Below the pieces are notes generated by a model. That model ran no database searches and was not told the origin of the DNA. It saw only the letters and a list, made by a program, of their open reading frames with translations. This document shows positions 44,849 to 57,548 of a stretch of 64,000 nt of DNA, piece after piece. Position 1 is the first letter of the stretch. The number at the start of each line of letters is the position of its first letter. The DNA is from Cyanophora paradoxa CCMP329 (taxonomy: Eukaryota; Plantae; Glaucophyta): contig QPMI01000154.1 of NCBI GenBank assembly GCA_004431415.1, positions 1-64,000 on the forward strand, read 5' to 3'. The position numbers were made by a program, and so were the translations under genes.

Positions 44849-45975
44849 TTTCGCATTTCGCAGAAGAGACAAGCCCCGATTCGAATTATCTTAGCTAGAT
44901 AATCATGTCGACGTCGCCGAAAGCACTGGGGGCTCACAAGATTCGGAAAATGAATAAAGGCGAACGCAATCATGATCCTAGGGGCTGAGCAGCCTGGCAG
45001 CTTCGGAAGGAAGCGGGCCTGCAGCGCCGCATACGTAAAGGCTACTCAACATCAGAGGGCGAAGATTATGCGAGGGATCATCGGATGTGCCTCCCCTCGA
45101 TCATGAGCCCAGAAAGCTCGAACCTTCATCTGCGCGTCCTTCGCCTGCGACAGCGTCAAGCGCACCCGCGGCCGTCGACGTAAGCGTCGGACGTCGACGT
45201 CGACGTCGGCGCAATTTGCAAGTGTATTGAGCGCGCGACCAGGCGCACCTCTTTCACGGTCTTTTCCCATCCGCCGTTTCTCTGGCCTGATTTCCGTCTT
45301 GTGAGACGCGCGAGAGCTCTAGCTCTCAAGATCTCACAATCGATATCAGGCACCTCTTTCGCAATGTGCCGTCCCCCCTACCGTCTAAATCAGATTGCGA
45401 GATGCAATTCCGATCGCGAGCTCGATCAACGCGCTTGGCCATGGGCCGGGGTCGCGCACCACGCCTACGCCAGTGGTGAAGGCGAAGCACATTGCGCTGA
45501 TGAATACTCCAGCAGAGACCCAGACATCGAGCAGAGTTAATGGCCTTGTGACCGGGGAGCGCCAGTCGACGGCCGCGAGGCGGCGAAGCCGTATCATGCT
45601 AGCGCTCCGCGTTGCCGCAGTGCGATTCTTCGGCGGATCCTGCGCTCGAGAGCATGAGATGGTGTGCGCTACCGGAGCCAACTTGCGCGAGAACATGGCT
45701 CTGGCGGCGGCACACACGCGCGTGCTTGATGCGAACGAAGCGTGTTTCGTATTCGCAGAACGGGTACGCGTCAGTCAGGTGGCTGACCTTCCAAATGTGC
45801 GATGACTGTCAGGTGCGCGTTGCCGGTGCTGATCGTTAGGCCGGGCGATCGCCTCCACTCTCATTCTTCAGCGGCAAGCAGAACCAAGTGCGCTCCTTAA
45901 GCGCGCGTGCGTACACGCCGCCGACGCACAGCTGCTAACATACACGCCATGATGCGCAGGCGCTAGATCGCGATT

Positions 45976-46121
45976 GCTGGTGTCCATGGCGGGCTACGAC
46001 CTCTCGCACTTCGTGCCCTACGCGCTACGCGCTGGTGGGTGTCCATGGCGGGCTACGACCTCTCGCACTTCGTGCCCTACGCGCTGGTGGGCGACCTCTC
46101 GCACTTCGTGCCCTACGCGCT
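45976..46121 (+). repeat. Short tandem repeat (GACCTCTCGCACTTCGTGCCCTACGCGCT x3)
   Basis: Directly visible. Confidence 0.85.
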
Positions 46122-47088
46122 CCAGCGCCGCGACCTGGCGCGCGGCGACCTCCGCCGCGTCCTCGACAGCTCCTGGAACACGAGCGTGACCACCGCCGCC
46201 TGGAACCGCGGGACGAACCAGCGCTACAGCTGCCCGCTGGCGCGCAGCAGCGGTACTATCAGCAGGGCGATGCCTTCCGCGACATGCGCTCGGATCTGCG
46301 CCGGGCGTTGCAGAACGAGTACGGCTCAGCGGGGCGGGCTGCCTACGCCGACCTTCAACGTTTCTACGGGCGCCGTCGCTGATCTTGCTTGGCGTTGCCA
46401 CGGTGCGCTGCATGTGATCTGGATATCCGATCATATAGCTGACTCGTGCTTTTATAGTGGCGCGCAGCTGTACATGCATATGGACTGCCTGCAGCTGATT
46501 ATAGCTTCAGAGTCTGCAAGTTCTCACGCCTTTCACATCTATAAAGCGTTCATTGTGCAACTTAAGCTTCCCGTGCCTTTCACAGTCTGCAAACTCTTGC
46601 GCCGTTCGAATTCACACGTTTCTCAGTTCGCTTGAGCATTACATTGTGCATTGTTTGCGCGACTGTCTTGCGTGTTTGAGAATTGAATTCGAATTCGAGA
46701 TTTTCAACTTTAGCCGCTAAAAACAGGAGGGGCTGCGGGGCCTTACCGGTACCCCAACGATTCAGGGCCGAGCCACTAGTACTAATCACGGGGGGCCGAA
46801 GGCGGTGCGGGGTGGGATTGGCCAGCGGCGCCAAGGCCGGGGCGGGGGGCCGGGGCAACTTCGGGCGGGGACCTGCCGCAGTGCGAGGCGATGATGGGCG
46901 GCGCCACCCGCGAACGCTGACGCTGTGCGCGCGGGGCCGCTGCTATGAATCCCCTGCAAGACAGCCCCCCGCGGCCGGGCCCCGCGGCCGCCGTGAGGCC
47001 CAGCCGCCGCCCTCCGCAAGGCCCGGGCGCCGGAGAGAGGGGGAGTGGACGCCGGGGTCGCCGCTCGATGCTCCCTAAAATTCGAGGC

Positions 47089-47347
47089 CCGCCGCCGCGC
47101 CGCCCGCCGCCGCGCCGCCCGCCGCCGCGCCGCCCGCCGCCGCGCCGCCCGCCGCCCGCCGCCGCGCCGCCCGCCGCCGCGCCGCCCGCCGCCGCGCCGC
47201 CCGCCGCCGCGCCGCCCGCCGCCGCGTCGCCCGCCGCCGCGCCGCCCGCCGCCGCGCCGCCCGCCGCCGCGCCGCCCGCCGCCCGCCGCCGCGCCGCCCG
47301 CCGCCGCGTCGCCCGCCGCCGCGCCGCCCGCCGCCGCGTCGCCCGCC
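47089..47347. repeat. GC-only ~15-bp tandem repeat (CCGCCGCCGCGCCGC)n
   Basis: Directly visible. Confidence 0.9.
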
Positions 47348-49112
47348 GACGCGCACCGTCGCCGTGGACTCGCCGACCATCCCATGGAGGCAGGAGGGGG
47401 CGCAGCGTGCCCCGCACGATCGAATCGGCGCGCGCCGTCAATCGGGCCCATATGCACCTTCCCCGCTGCGCGCGAGTCAGCCAGGCAGCTTCCTCGGCCG
47501 CAGGCTTAGGAACGGCGCCGGTGGCGAGCGCACCGCCCGATATTGGGCCCGCAGGAGGCCGCACCAATGGACCTGAAGATCTCCTGCTATACCTCCAGAC
47601 TCCAGTACAGCAGCGGCCGCCGACAGACACTGCGGCGAGGAGCTAAGATCTCAGGCCGGCCGAACACTGCAGAGCGCGCGTGGGCGGGCCCGCACCTAGC
47701 TCATCCCCGCTTGACTGCGTCTAGTGCTGCAGTCAACGAAACGCGACCGCCCGGCGAGCTGCTGGCGCACGCCTCGAGCTTCCCAGCGAATCGAAGCTCT
47801 GCTCCGAGGCTCCCCGAGCGACGCTTGGGGAAGCCGTCGTAGAGGTCCTTGGTACGCAGATCGATATGCATAACGCCTCCCAGTGGCCGGAGGCCGCCGC
47901 AAGCCGCGGCCGGCCGCTCCACAGGATTGAGCACAATCTACCGTAAAACCTGCTCAATCGAAGTAGCAGCTCTTCTCCACGTAACTGCTTCCAAAGCATC
48001 CTTGCCGACTGCAGTTGATGATACGCGGCCCTCAGGAGAGTTGCTGGCGCCCGCCTGCGGCGACCCCGTCCTCGAGCTCGATCGCTCGAGGCCGGCGGCG
48101 TTCCCCGCTTGGGGAAGACGTCGTAGAGGTCTTTGGGATGCAGATTAATGTGCGCATTGTCGCCCGCTGGCCGGAGCCGCCCGCAGAGCGCTGCCGGCCG
48201 CTGGAGAGGATTGGGAACAATTCACCGTAAAACGTTCCCAATCGGGGGGGTACGGGATACACACGTTCGCAGCCTGCCATAATGGGCCTTCGTCACGTAT
48301 GCTGCCTGCGGGGACTGTCGGCCGCGTCCAGCGCCGGCCGCTCGTCGGCTTCGATGCAGGTCGCAACTTGCAGCTGGTCGTACGATCGAGTCCCACTCCT
48401 AAGCTTTAGCGTTGCCAACTGTGCCCGGCGCCATATAAAAAATCGCCGTACCCGCCTCTTTCTATAAGAATAGGAGAGAAGATGGTGAGAGGTAGCCGTA
48501 AACTAATGGTGCGCCCTCTGGGGTCTGTGTACGTGGTGACTATCACGTGACACGCACCGTACGTAGAGCAAGGAAAGTAGCAGCCAACGTGGAACATCGT
48601 TGGCCCACCGGCCTCTGTGCCGGTGAAATTTCTGAAGGGCACAAAGGCTGGTCTCGGCAGGCTCGCTCTTACTTTGAGCTGAGCCGCCCTGGCTGGTCTC
48701 CTCTCGTGCCACCCCCTCTTCAAAACCAAGGAAATGTAAACTTGAAACGATGCCACTAGTTGCTGGCCTGATCGCATGCAGTTCGGTTACGTATGCGACT
48801 CTAGATCTAGATCTAGATCCAGTAGAAGAAGAGCTACGCATGCTTTCGGATCCGAAGGGAACACAAATGCATCGCGTTCATGCGCGTGCAGGAACGCCCG
48901 ATGGAGCTAAAGCTTAAGCTGCACACGACGTCGGACAGCAAATAATATTGAAATTTCCTGACTCTTCCGTTCAAGAAACGAGAGCTGCGGGGCCGTACCC
49001 CAGAAGGGGGTCCGGCCCGCCTCATGGTCTGGGCCGAACCCCAAGATAGGGGGTCCGGCCCGGCTTAAAAGAAGGAGGGGCGCGGTTCTAGGTTCTAGCT
49101 ATATATAGGCGC

Positions 49113-49119
49113 TCAGAGG

Positions 49120-49151
<32 letters not shown>

Positions 49152-51526
49152 GGCCGTGTCGCGGGCCTCGGCGCGGAGGCGCGCGATGGCGGCGGAGACG
49201 TCGGCCCCGCGGTTGATGCGCAGCGCCGCGCCCGCCGGCGTCTGCGCGATCTGCGCAGGCGGAGGGGGAGGCACCGCGTCGGCCCCGGGGCGGGAGGGCG
49301 GGGGCGGGGGGGCGGGCTCGAGGCGGGAAGGAAGGCACCTGGATCCACTCGGGGGCGCGCTCCGCAAGCAGCTTCAGCCGGTCACGCACTTCATCTGAGC
49401 CGTCCGGGGCGGGGCGCCGGCGCGTCAGGCCCGCGGCAGAGGGGAAGGAAAGGGCGGGGCGGGGCGGGGCGGGGCGGGGCGGGGCGGGCGGACCGACGGG
49501 GAGGGGTCGTCCTGCTGGGCGGCGAGGCGCGGGGCGAGGATGGCGAGCAGCAGCGGCGGGTTGCGCTCCCCGATGAGGAAGGCCCGCAGCGCCTCGGCGA
49601 GGGCCGGCAGGCGCCCCGCCGCGAGCGCCCGCTCGCGCGCCTCGGGGGCCCCCGTGATGCGCTCCATCGCCCGCCTCTGCTCCTTGGCCCGCACGCGCGC
49701 CAGGATCGCCGGGTCGATCCCCCGCAGCGCCGGGTCCACCGGGCGCGCCGCGATGGCGGCGGCAGCCGCCGCCGCCTCCGCGCTCCGCGCCGCCGCCGCC
49801 GCGTCCGCCGCCGCGCGCTTCTCGAGGACGGCCGCGAGCGCCTCCTCCGCCACGTTCCGCGGGGCGCCGCGCGCGGGCGGCGCCCGCCGGTCGAACGCCG
49901 CCGTGCCGGGGACCGCCGCGAAGACGGGGGCGGCCGGCGAGGCCGCGGCGGCCGCCGCCTCCCGCTTGGCCGCGAGGCGCGCCAGGACCTCGGCCGGCGC
50001 CGGCGGCTTCGGCGGCCGCGGCAGCTCCGCAGGTACGATCTGCCCGCCGGCGCTTCAGAGAACGAGGGGGAGGGAGGGGGAATAAGCTCAGGGGGGTACG
50101 TGCCTCGGGGACGTCCTCGAGGGGGAACTCGGGGTGCCAGGCGCGGACGGCCGCCGGGTCCACCTCCAGCCCCTTCGCCTTCAGGAAGACCTGAGGGGCG
50201 GTCGTGAGCGGCGGCTGCAGGGGTACGGGGACGGCTGAAAGGCAGGGGGAAGGGGAGGCGGGGGTACGGCGGCGCACGGCGTGGTGGGCGATGACGGCGT
50301 CCTCGAGGGCGCGCCGGAAGGCCCGCCGCCGCGCGTTCAGCTGCGGGCGAAGAGTCAGAGGGGCCGGAGGGAGGGCGGGATGGGGGCGGGAGAGAGCGGG
50401 GGACGGGCCTGGAGCTCGCCGAGGACGCGGCTGGGCGGGGGCGCGCCGCCCTCGGCGGGGGCGAACTCGGCCGCCGGCAGCTCGACGAGGAGGCGGTGCC
50501 GCGAGTCGGAGAAGGTGCCCACGCCGGCCCGCGTCGCCGGGTCCTCGCTGCCCTTCTGGAGGCTGACGGAGTAGGCGGCCGGCCACGCGGCGAGCAGCTG
50601 CGCGAACTGGCGCTCCCCGAAGGCACGCTTCGTGATCGTCCGCACGCTCGCCGAGAGCCGGTCTAGCGTCGCCGCCTCCCGCCGCGAACGGCAGAGGTTC
50701 AGCCCGTGGTCGAGCGCCACGAACTGCTCCAGCAGCACGCGGTGCCGCGCCGGAAGCGGCAGCGCCGCCTCGCGGCCCTTCCCCGGTGTCCTCCCCGGCG
50801 AGGCCGCCGCCGCCGTCCCCGCCGGCGAGGGCGCCGCCGCCTGCAGCGCCCGCTGCGGCGTCCGCTGCGGCGTCTGCTCGCCGGGGCCCTCCGCCCGCTT
50901 CCGCTTCGGCGTCGCAGGCGCCGCCGTCGGCCGCTGCGGCGTTGCGGGCTCCGCTGTGCAGAAGTGAGCGGCGGGGCGGGGCGCGAGAAAGTCGCTGGCG
51001 GGCGAACCGGCGTCGGGGGTCACGAGGATCGAGACGCCGGCCGCGCTCGCGGCCGCCTCGGCCATCTTCCTCGCCCGCGCGCTCACGCCGGTCCGCCCCG
51101 CGCCTGCGCGGGCAGCGCGTGGGCTGCGGCACTGCCAAAAACGCGCAGGCGCCGCGCACCGGTCCCGGGCGGCTCTGCGGGCGCTAAGTCCTTTCCGAGC
51201 GGCGTGGCGGACGCGCTGATGTCGACGGTTTTGGCGGGAGCCGCCCGCGCCTTTCTCGTCCGCGTCAGGCTCGGCGTGGTGGGCACAGTTGCCGCGCATT
51301 CCGGCGTCTCCGATGGTGAGAGCACGGGAATGGTCTTCGCGGTGCGGCGCCGGGCGCCCATCCCACGCCGGATCTTCTTTGCAGGCTGCGAGCGGCGCGT
51401 GAGCGCGATCCTGGGGGGCTTCGGGTCTTTCGAGCGCACCTGACAGTCATTCTTGGGACTCTCTGCCTCCTCATCGGACCAGCTGCCGAAGAGTGCGCCC
51501 GCGTCTGCAATGGGCACCGACTCCAT
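49113..51526 (-). CDS. CDT1: Host DNA replication licensing factor Cdt1 (multi-exon)
   Basis: LPLPARHRVLLEQFVALD...TKRAFGERQFAQL, RAWHPEFPLEDVPE, LRGIDPAILARVRAKE, RLPALA, LLAERAPEW. Confidence 0.88.
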
Positions 51527-51944
51527 TGCCGGAGGCGGCCCTTAGCGAGCGGGGCGGCTGTCGCTCGCGTGCGATGTGCTCTCCGGGCCGATCGCAGCCG
51601 TCGGGCGCGCCGTGCGTGTCGCCTTCTTCTCGCTGGACTTTGGCGCCACGGGGAAAAAACAACCGGGAATCAGCGTACCCGGACTCCGAATCGTTGCTTG
51701 GCCCGCAGCGCAGCCGAAAGCGAGGTATTAGCGTGTCGAATTCGAATAGCCGATAACGCAGCTAGTGAAAAGGTCGAGCCGCCCTCTTTCGAATCGTCGG
51801 TCCGACATCCCGCGCAGCCGCACCTTCTCAGACCGTGCAAGGAACTTCGCGACAGCGACCGGAAAGCTTAGATACAGCTCCACCAGCCCGCCCCGCTGAC
51901 TAGCTAAAAAGAGCGACCAAGCCAGCGCAGAGCAGACTCCAGCG

Positions 51945-53011
51945 ATGGCGCCAAAGAAAGGCAAGGGAAAGGGAAAGGGAAAGGGTGCGCGAGCCCCTCG
52001 AGGTCGAGGCGAGCACGACTGGCGGCTGACCGCCGAGCGCAGGCAAGGGCAAGAAGAAGGAGAAGGCGGCGGCGGAGGTGAAGGAGTACAGGCCGATGGA
52101 GGTCATGCTGCCTCCCGAGGAGTACATCACGCTCAACGTGCGCCCGCCGCCCGGCGGCCCGCCCCGCTCGCCGAAGGCGCGCCGGCGCTGACGGGCGGGG
52201 CGCGCAGGTGAAGCTCATCACGTGGAGCTTCCTGAACTTCACGCTGCAGGTGCCCGTCTCCACGCGCGTCTTCGTCATCCAGGTCCACCCCGCCCCGCCC
52301 GCCCCGCCCCGCCTGCTCCCCCCCGCGGACGCGCGTGCGCCCGCAACAGAACAAGATCGTCGAGCGGCACAGCGGCAGCATACGCGACCTCGTCCTGTAC
52401 AAGCACCAGGTACCCCCGCCTCGCCGGCCCTGCGCTGTACCCCCGAGCTCAGCCTCGGCGGCAGGTGCACCCGAAGAACGTGATGCTGTCCCCTGAGGCG
52501 ACCCTCGCCGAGGAAGGCTTCACCGGCGGCCCCCCGCACGACTGCCCCCAGGTGCCCCCGTACCCCCCGCGCGCTTCGCCCCCCCCTTCCCCACAGCCCG
52601 TCTGACGTTCGCGGTACCCTCCCGAAGGCCACGATCCTGTACGACTTCCAGCCGCGCGCGATGGAGTGCCCGCTCCTCCTCACAACGCCGTGCGGCGTAC
52701 CCCCTCCGGTCACCCGTACCTCCCTCACCGCGCCGCAGGCGGCAGGAGGAGCCCCACGCACACGTCCGCGTCCTCAGCGCCGCCGCCTCCCAGGTACTGT
52801 ACCCCTCCCCCTCCCCCCTCCCCTCCGCCTGACCCGGGGCGGGCGGGCGCAGGGGGCGCTGCAGACGGCGCCCTCGCGGGGTACCGCGCTGGAGCGGGCG
52901 ACGACGGCGGCGGGCGGCCGGCCGCTGGCCTCGCCGGACCCCTTCTCGGTCTCCGTGCACTCTTCGACCTCACCCGGACCCCTCGCCACCGCCCAGTCCC
53001 GCAGCCCCTAG
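51945..53011 (+). CDS. Host small protein of unknown function (multi-exon)
   Basis: Spliced reading MAPKKGK...EEYITLN VKLITWSFLNF...ILYDFQP...CPLLL. Confidence 0.6.
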
Positions 53012-53281
53012 GGCCTAGCTAGCCCTCGCGTTCCGTCCAATCCATCATCATATGATCTCCGTTTCGAGGCTGCGTGGTCGATGAGGCGGGGTGGGGAGGG
53101 GGCGTGCCGCAGGTGTATACGTGTGTGGCTATAGCTAGCCTAGTAGCGCCCGCACCGGCGCTGCTCCCCAGCCCTGCCCACACGGATGCACAGCGATCGC
53201 TCCGAGCTTCGTACACGGATTCGCCCACACTACGGGCGTGCGCAGAAGGGGGCGCGGAGGCCGGCGGGGCGCGTGCGCGGC

Positions 53282-55215
53282 CTACTTGCTCTCGACGCTC
53301 TCGTAGGTGGGGATCATGTACTTGATGTGCGCGTACGCGTCGCGCCCGCCGTACCGCTCGAACCTGCCGCCACCCCGGCCTGAGGCGGGGGCTGGGGGGC
53401 TGGGAGGGGGGGGGATAAGGAAGGGGGTACGGCGCACTCCTGGAGGGTCTCCTGGATCTCGAGGCCGATGTCGCGGTGGCGCTGCTGCCCGTACTCCATC
53501 CCGTCCCCGAGGTTCGCCGTCCGGTTGATGAAGAGGTTGAAGATCTGCGCGGCGGGCGGCGTCAGGGCGGCGCCCCATCGCCTGCCTCGGCCCGGCCCGG
53601 CCCCTCGCCGGCCCACCTGGAGGATCTGGCGCATGAAGGGGACGAAGGCCCTCCCGACGCGGCCGTCGTCGAGGGAGACGAGGCGCTTGAGGAGCTGCAG
53701 GGCGACGCCCATGATGTCCCGATCCCGCGTGTTCAGCGCCACTGCCAGAGAAGCTGAGGCCGAGGGAGGGGGGGCGGGTCCCGGGGCGGGGGTGCGGACC
53801 CTTGATGGGGATGACGAGCTTGGGGAGGAAGGGCCCGAACTTGGTGGGCGCGTGCTCCATCAGGTCCAGCATCCCCTGCACCGCGATGAACCTGCCGCCC
53901 CGCGTCTCAGCCTCAGCCGGGGGCGCGCCCCGGCGTGGCCTCGCGGACCGGTACGGGTCCTCCTTCTCGCGGATGCCCTCGATAAAGAGCGACGCGTACT
54001 GCCGGCGGGGGCGCCGGGGTCGGAGGCGGCGGGGGGGGGGCCAGGCGGGCGGGGCGGGGCGGGTGCGGACCTGCTCGAAGCGGTCGTCATCGATCTGGGC
54101 GAGGGGCAGCTCCTCCCCCGCCTCGTCCCGCAGCCGCCACACCACCGCGTTGAAGCTCGCCTTGTGCTCGATCCCTGCCCCCGCCTCACGAGGCGCAGAG
54201 CGGAGGGCGAAGCGGAAGGCGGGGCGGGGCGGGAGGCTGGGCGGGGCGCACGGAGGGGGAGGTCCCCGCGGTCGTAGAGCTTGCGGAAGAGCGTCGCCGG
54301 CGGCGCCGCCCGCACCCGAGTCGCCCCCGCCACCGGCGGCTGCCCCCGTGCCCCGTAAGAGGCGTCGCGCGGCGGCCTGCGGGGCGGGGCGGGGCGGGGC
54401 GGGGCGCGCCGTGGCGGGCCGGGGCCCGCGCCCGGCGGCCTGCGGGGTCGAGAGGCGGACGCCGTCCATGCGCCTCGACACTGCGCGGCGGGGCGTCGAA
54501 AGGGTGCCGCGGCGGGGCGGGGCGGGGCGGGGCGGGGCGGGGCGGGCGCACGTCCGTCGCGGGAGTCGGCCCCATCGGCAGCGGAGCGGCCGCTGGCGGG
54601 CCGGGCGGCCCGCTCGCCGCGCTGCGATACGGGCGCCGCGGATCCCTCCAGTGACAGGCCGCCCGCGGAGGGCGGCCGCGCCCCCGCCGAGGCTGGCCGG
54701 GACCCGCCCGTGGCCGGCCGCGGGCCCGCCGAGGCAGGCCGCGCCGCCGCCTTTCCCGACCCGGCGCCCGCCTCCCTCGCCGCCGGCTCCGCCGCAGCAG
54801 CAGCCGCCGCCCCCGACGCTCTCCTGGGCGCTCCGCTGCTCGGGCCCGCGGAGGGTCCTGCCGCCGCCGCTGCCGCCGCTGCCGGGGCCGCAGGCTTGAT
54901 CGCTGGCTTCGCCGGCTTAAGAACTTTCTTCTCTGGCTTGGCGAGAACGTCCGTGAAGCCCGCAAGGCTCTGCGACCCGTACGACGCGGTGTCCAGAGGC
55001 TTCGCCGGCGCCTTCTTCAGGCCCCGCAGGTCGTACGTCTGCCGCTCCCAGGCATCCTGCGGGTCGGGGCGCTGGACTGCGTTGTATTGCAGTGGCAGCG
55101 GCTCGTACACCCGCATCCCCGCTGCCGCTGCGACGCGCGGTGCCGATTTAGGCCGGCCTTCTATCCTTCGCTGGTTGGACTGCAAGAGCATCGCTGCCGC
55201 CACCGGTGTAGCCAT
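53282..55215 (-). CDS. PACRG: Host PACRG-family protein with long N-terminal extension (multi-exon)
   Basis: FRKLYDRGDLP, FIEGIRE..DPYRFIA.QG, LVIPIK.ALNTRD, NLGDGMEYGQ, FERYGG.DAY..IKYMIPTYES. Confidence 0.9.
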
Positions 55216-55922
55216 GGCTCGCTTGGTGCAGCTCTCGAGGCGAGGGTCGCGCGCTGGCGCTTCCTGTCGCACAGAGGGCGCTCGCCGGCTCAAGCTACGC
55301 AAGAGAGAGCTAGAAGGAAAAGGAATCGAACGCCTGCAAAGCTTGTGCTGGCTTCGTACGGTTGCTATCCGGGGTAGGCTAATTTTGAAAGGGGGTAGGG
55401 TTAATTATTGTGCAGGTACTCGGAACTTGGGAGTTCGGCTCGTACTAGCTAGCCCGCACGACTACCCCCCGGCCCCCAGCTATCATCGATATCACTGACA
55501 GAGTCTGACACGCGTACGTATACACGCTGGTCCGGTCGACGTCGACGTCGACACGCTTTTGCAAATGCAATTGCAAGCTCATCGATCACTCCCGCGAACT
55601 CCGAGCCTCCGACCGATCGACGGTCGGTCGGAGGCCGCGCTCGGAGTTCGCGGGCCCGCGGAAGTCGGCGGACAGCTGCAGGAGCTCGCCGCCAGCGCGG
55701 GCGCGGGCCTCGAGGCCCTCGACGCCGAGTAGCGTGCGACCTCAACGACGACGTCGCCGAGCGTGCGACTCGGCGCTCGAGCTCTCTAGATCTGCAACAG
55801 CACAGCTGCAATTCAGCCGCGCGCGGGCGCGCCGGCGAGGCCGCAAGCGCGCGCCGTATTCGTATACGACGAGACGCGTACGCTAGCTAGGTAGCTGCCC
55901 CGTGTCGGCCGTGTCGGCCGCA

Positions 55923-57517
55923 ATGACGACCCGACTGCAGCTGGCCATGGATGCGCATGCGCCGCAGCAGCAGTTGCAGCAGCCGCAGCAGCAGCAGCTC
56001 GGACGAGTCCTCCCATACGTGCCGGCTCCTCTCCTCGCGCACGCCCTCCCGCAGCTGCGGCAGCTCAGCGAAGGTGCGAAGACGGCGCCGGCCGTGTGGA
56101 CGGTGGCGGGGGCCGCGCTCTTCTTGGACGGTGCGCCGCGCCGGGCGCCGGGCGCGCCCTATGCATGGCCATCAGACCTGTCAACATTGTCTAATCTCTG
56201 CGCAGTGAGTGGATTCAGCGGCCTGGCACGCACCCTGGCCCGCTCCGACGCCGCGAGCGCTGCCGAGCAGGTGCTGCCGAGCTCGAGTGTCGCGCGCGCG
56301 CCTCTAACAAGTTTTGCCCAACGGCGCGCGCCTGACCCGCGGCCGCAGCTGTCCACGACGCTCAACGCGTACATCCTCCAGCTCGTGAGCCGCCTGCACG
56401 CGCGGGGCGCCGAGATCCTCTTCTTCGCCGGCGACGCGGTGCGCTTTAAATTTATGAATTCCTTGGGCGGGGCGCCGTGCACGTGCGGCGCTCGTGCCTC
56501 GGCTCGGCTCGCGCCCGACGCGCCGCCGGCGCATGCGCAGCTGGTGGCGTTCGTCGCGGCCGGCGAGCTTGAGGGCGGGGGCCGGGGCCGGACGCTGCGG
56601 GAGGCGGCGGGGCTGGCGGTGGAGGCGGCGCGTGACGTCCAGTCCATCGCCTTCGAGCGGGGCGGCCACAGGCTCACCGCGCACACCGGTACCGCGTCTT
56701 GCGCTTGAGCACGAGCGCGCCCCGTCGCGGCTGCAGGTCTAGATTAAAGCGTGCGGCAGGCATTGGGGCGGGCGAGCTGCACCTCTACCTCCTGCAGGGC
56801 AGCGATGGCGCCGCTCAGCTCGTCTGCGCCGGCGCCGTCATCGAGCAGGGTCCGACGCCCCGCCCCGCCCCGCCCTCCGCGCCGCGCCGCGCCCCGGGCC
56901 TTAATGTTAATCGGGCGCAGTGTGCGAGGCGCTCTCAGCGGCGACGGGCGACGACGTCGTGCTCTCCGAGGAGGCCCACGTGCTCCTACAGCCGGCCTGT
57001 CCCGCCGAGCGCCTGCAGCTGCCCGCCTCCGGCCCCGGCCCCGGCCCCGGCCCCGCCCGCCGCGCCGTCCACCGCCTCCGCCGGGACCGGCCCTCGACGG
57101 CGGCGGCCGCGGCGGCGGAGGCGGTGGCCGCAGGGGCGTGGGCGGAGTCGCCGGGGGCGGAGACGCGCGCGTGCGGGTGCGGGGCGCCGCTGCGGGCGGG
57201 GGCGCGGGCGGCGGAGGCGGCGCTGGCGCCGTACGCGGAGCAGCTGCTGTCCCTCGCCCCCCGTGCGCCTCCGGGCCTCCCCCGCCGGGCCGGCCGGGCC
57301 GGGGCCAGGCCCTGAATCGCGGGGATGGGGCAGGGGCGGTCGGGGAGGGGGCGAGATGGACGCCTTCTTCGCGCACGACATCCGCGACATCATCGCCGTC
57401 TTCGGTCCGCGAGAAGAAACTTTTAGAGCTCGAACTTCTAAACCTCCCAATATGTATCGAGATCTTCTCGAGATCTTCTAATATTAAAGACGGCGTCGAT
57501 ATCGCCTCTAATGTTCT

Positions 57518-57548
<31 letters not shown>

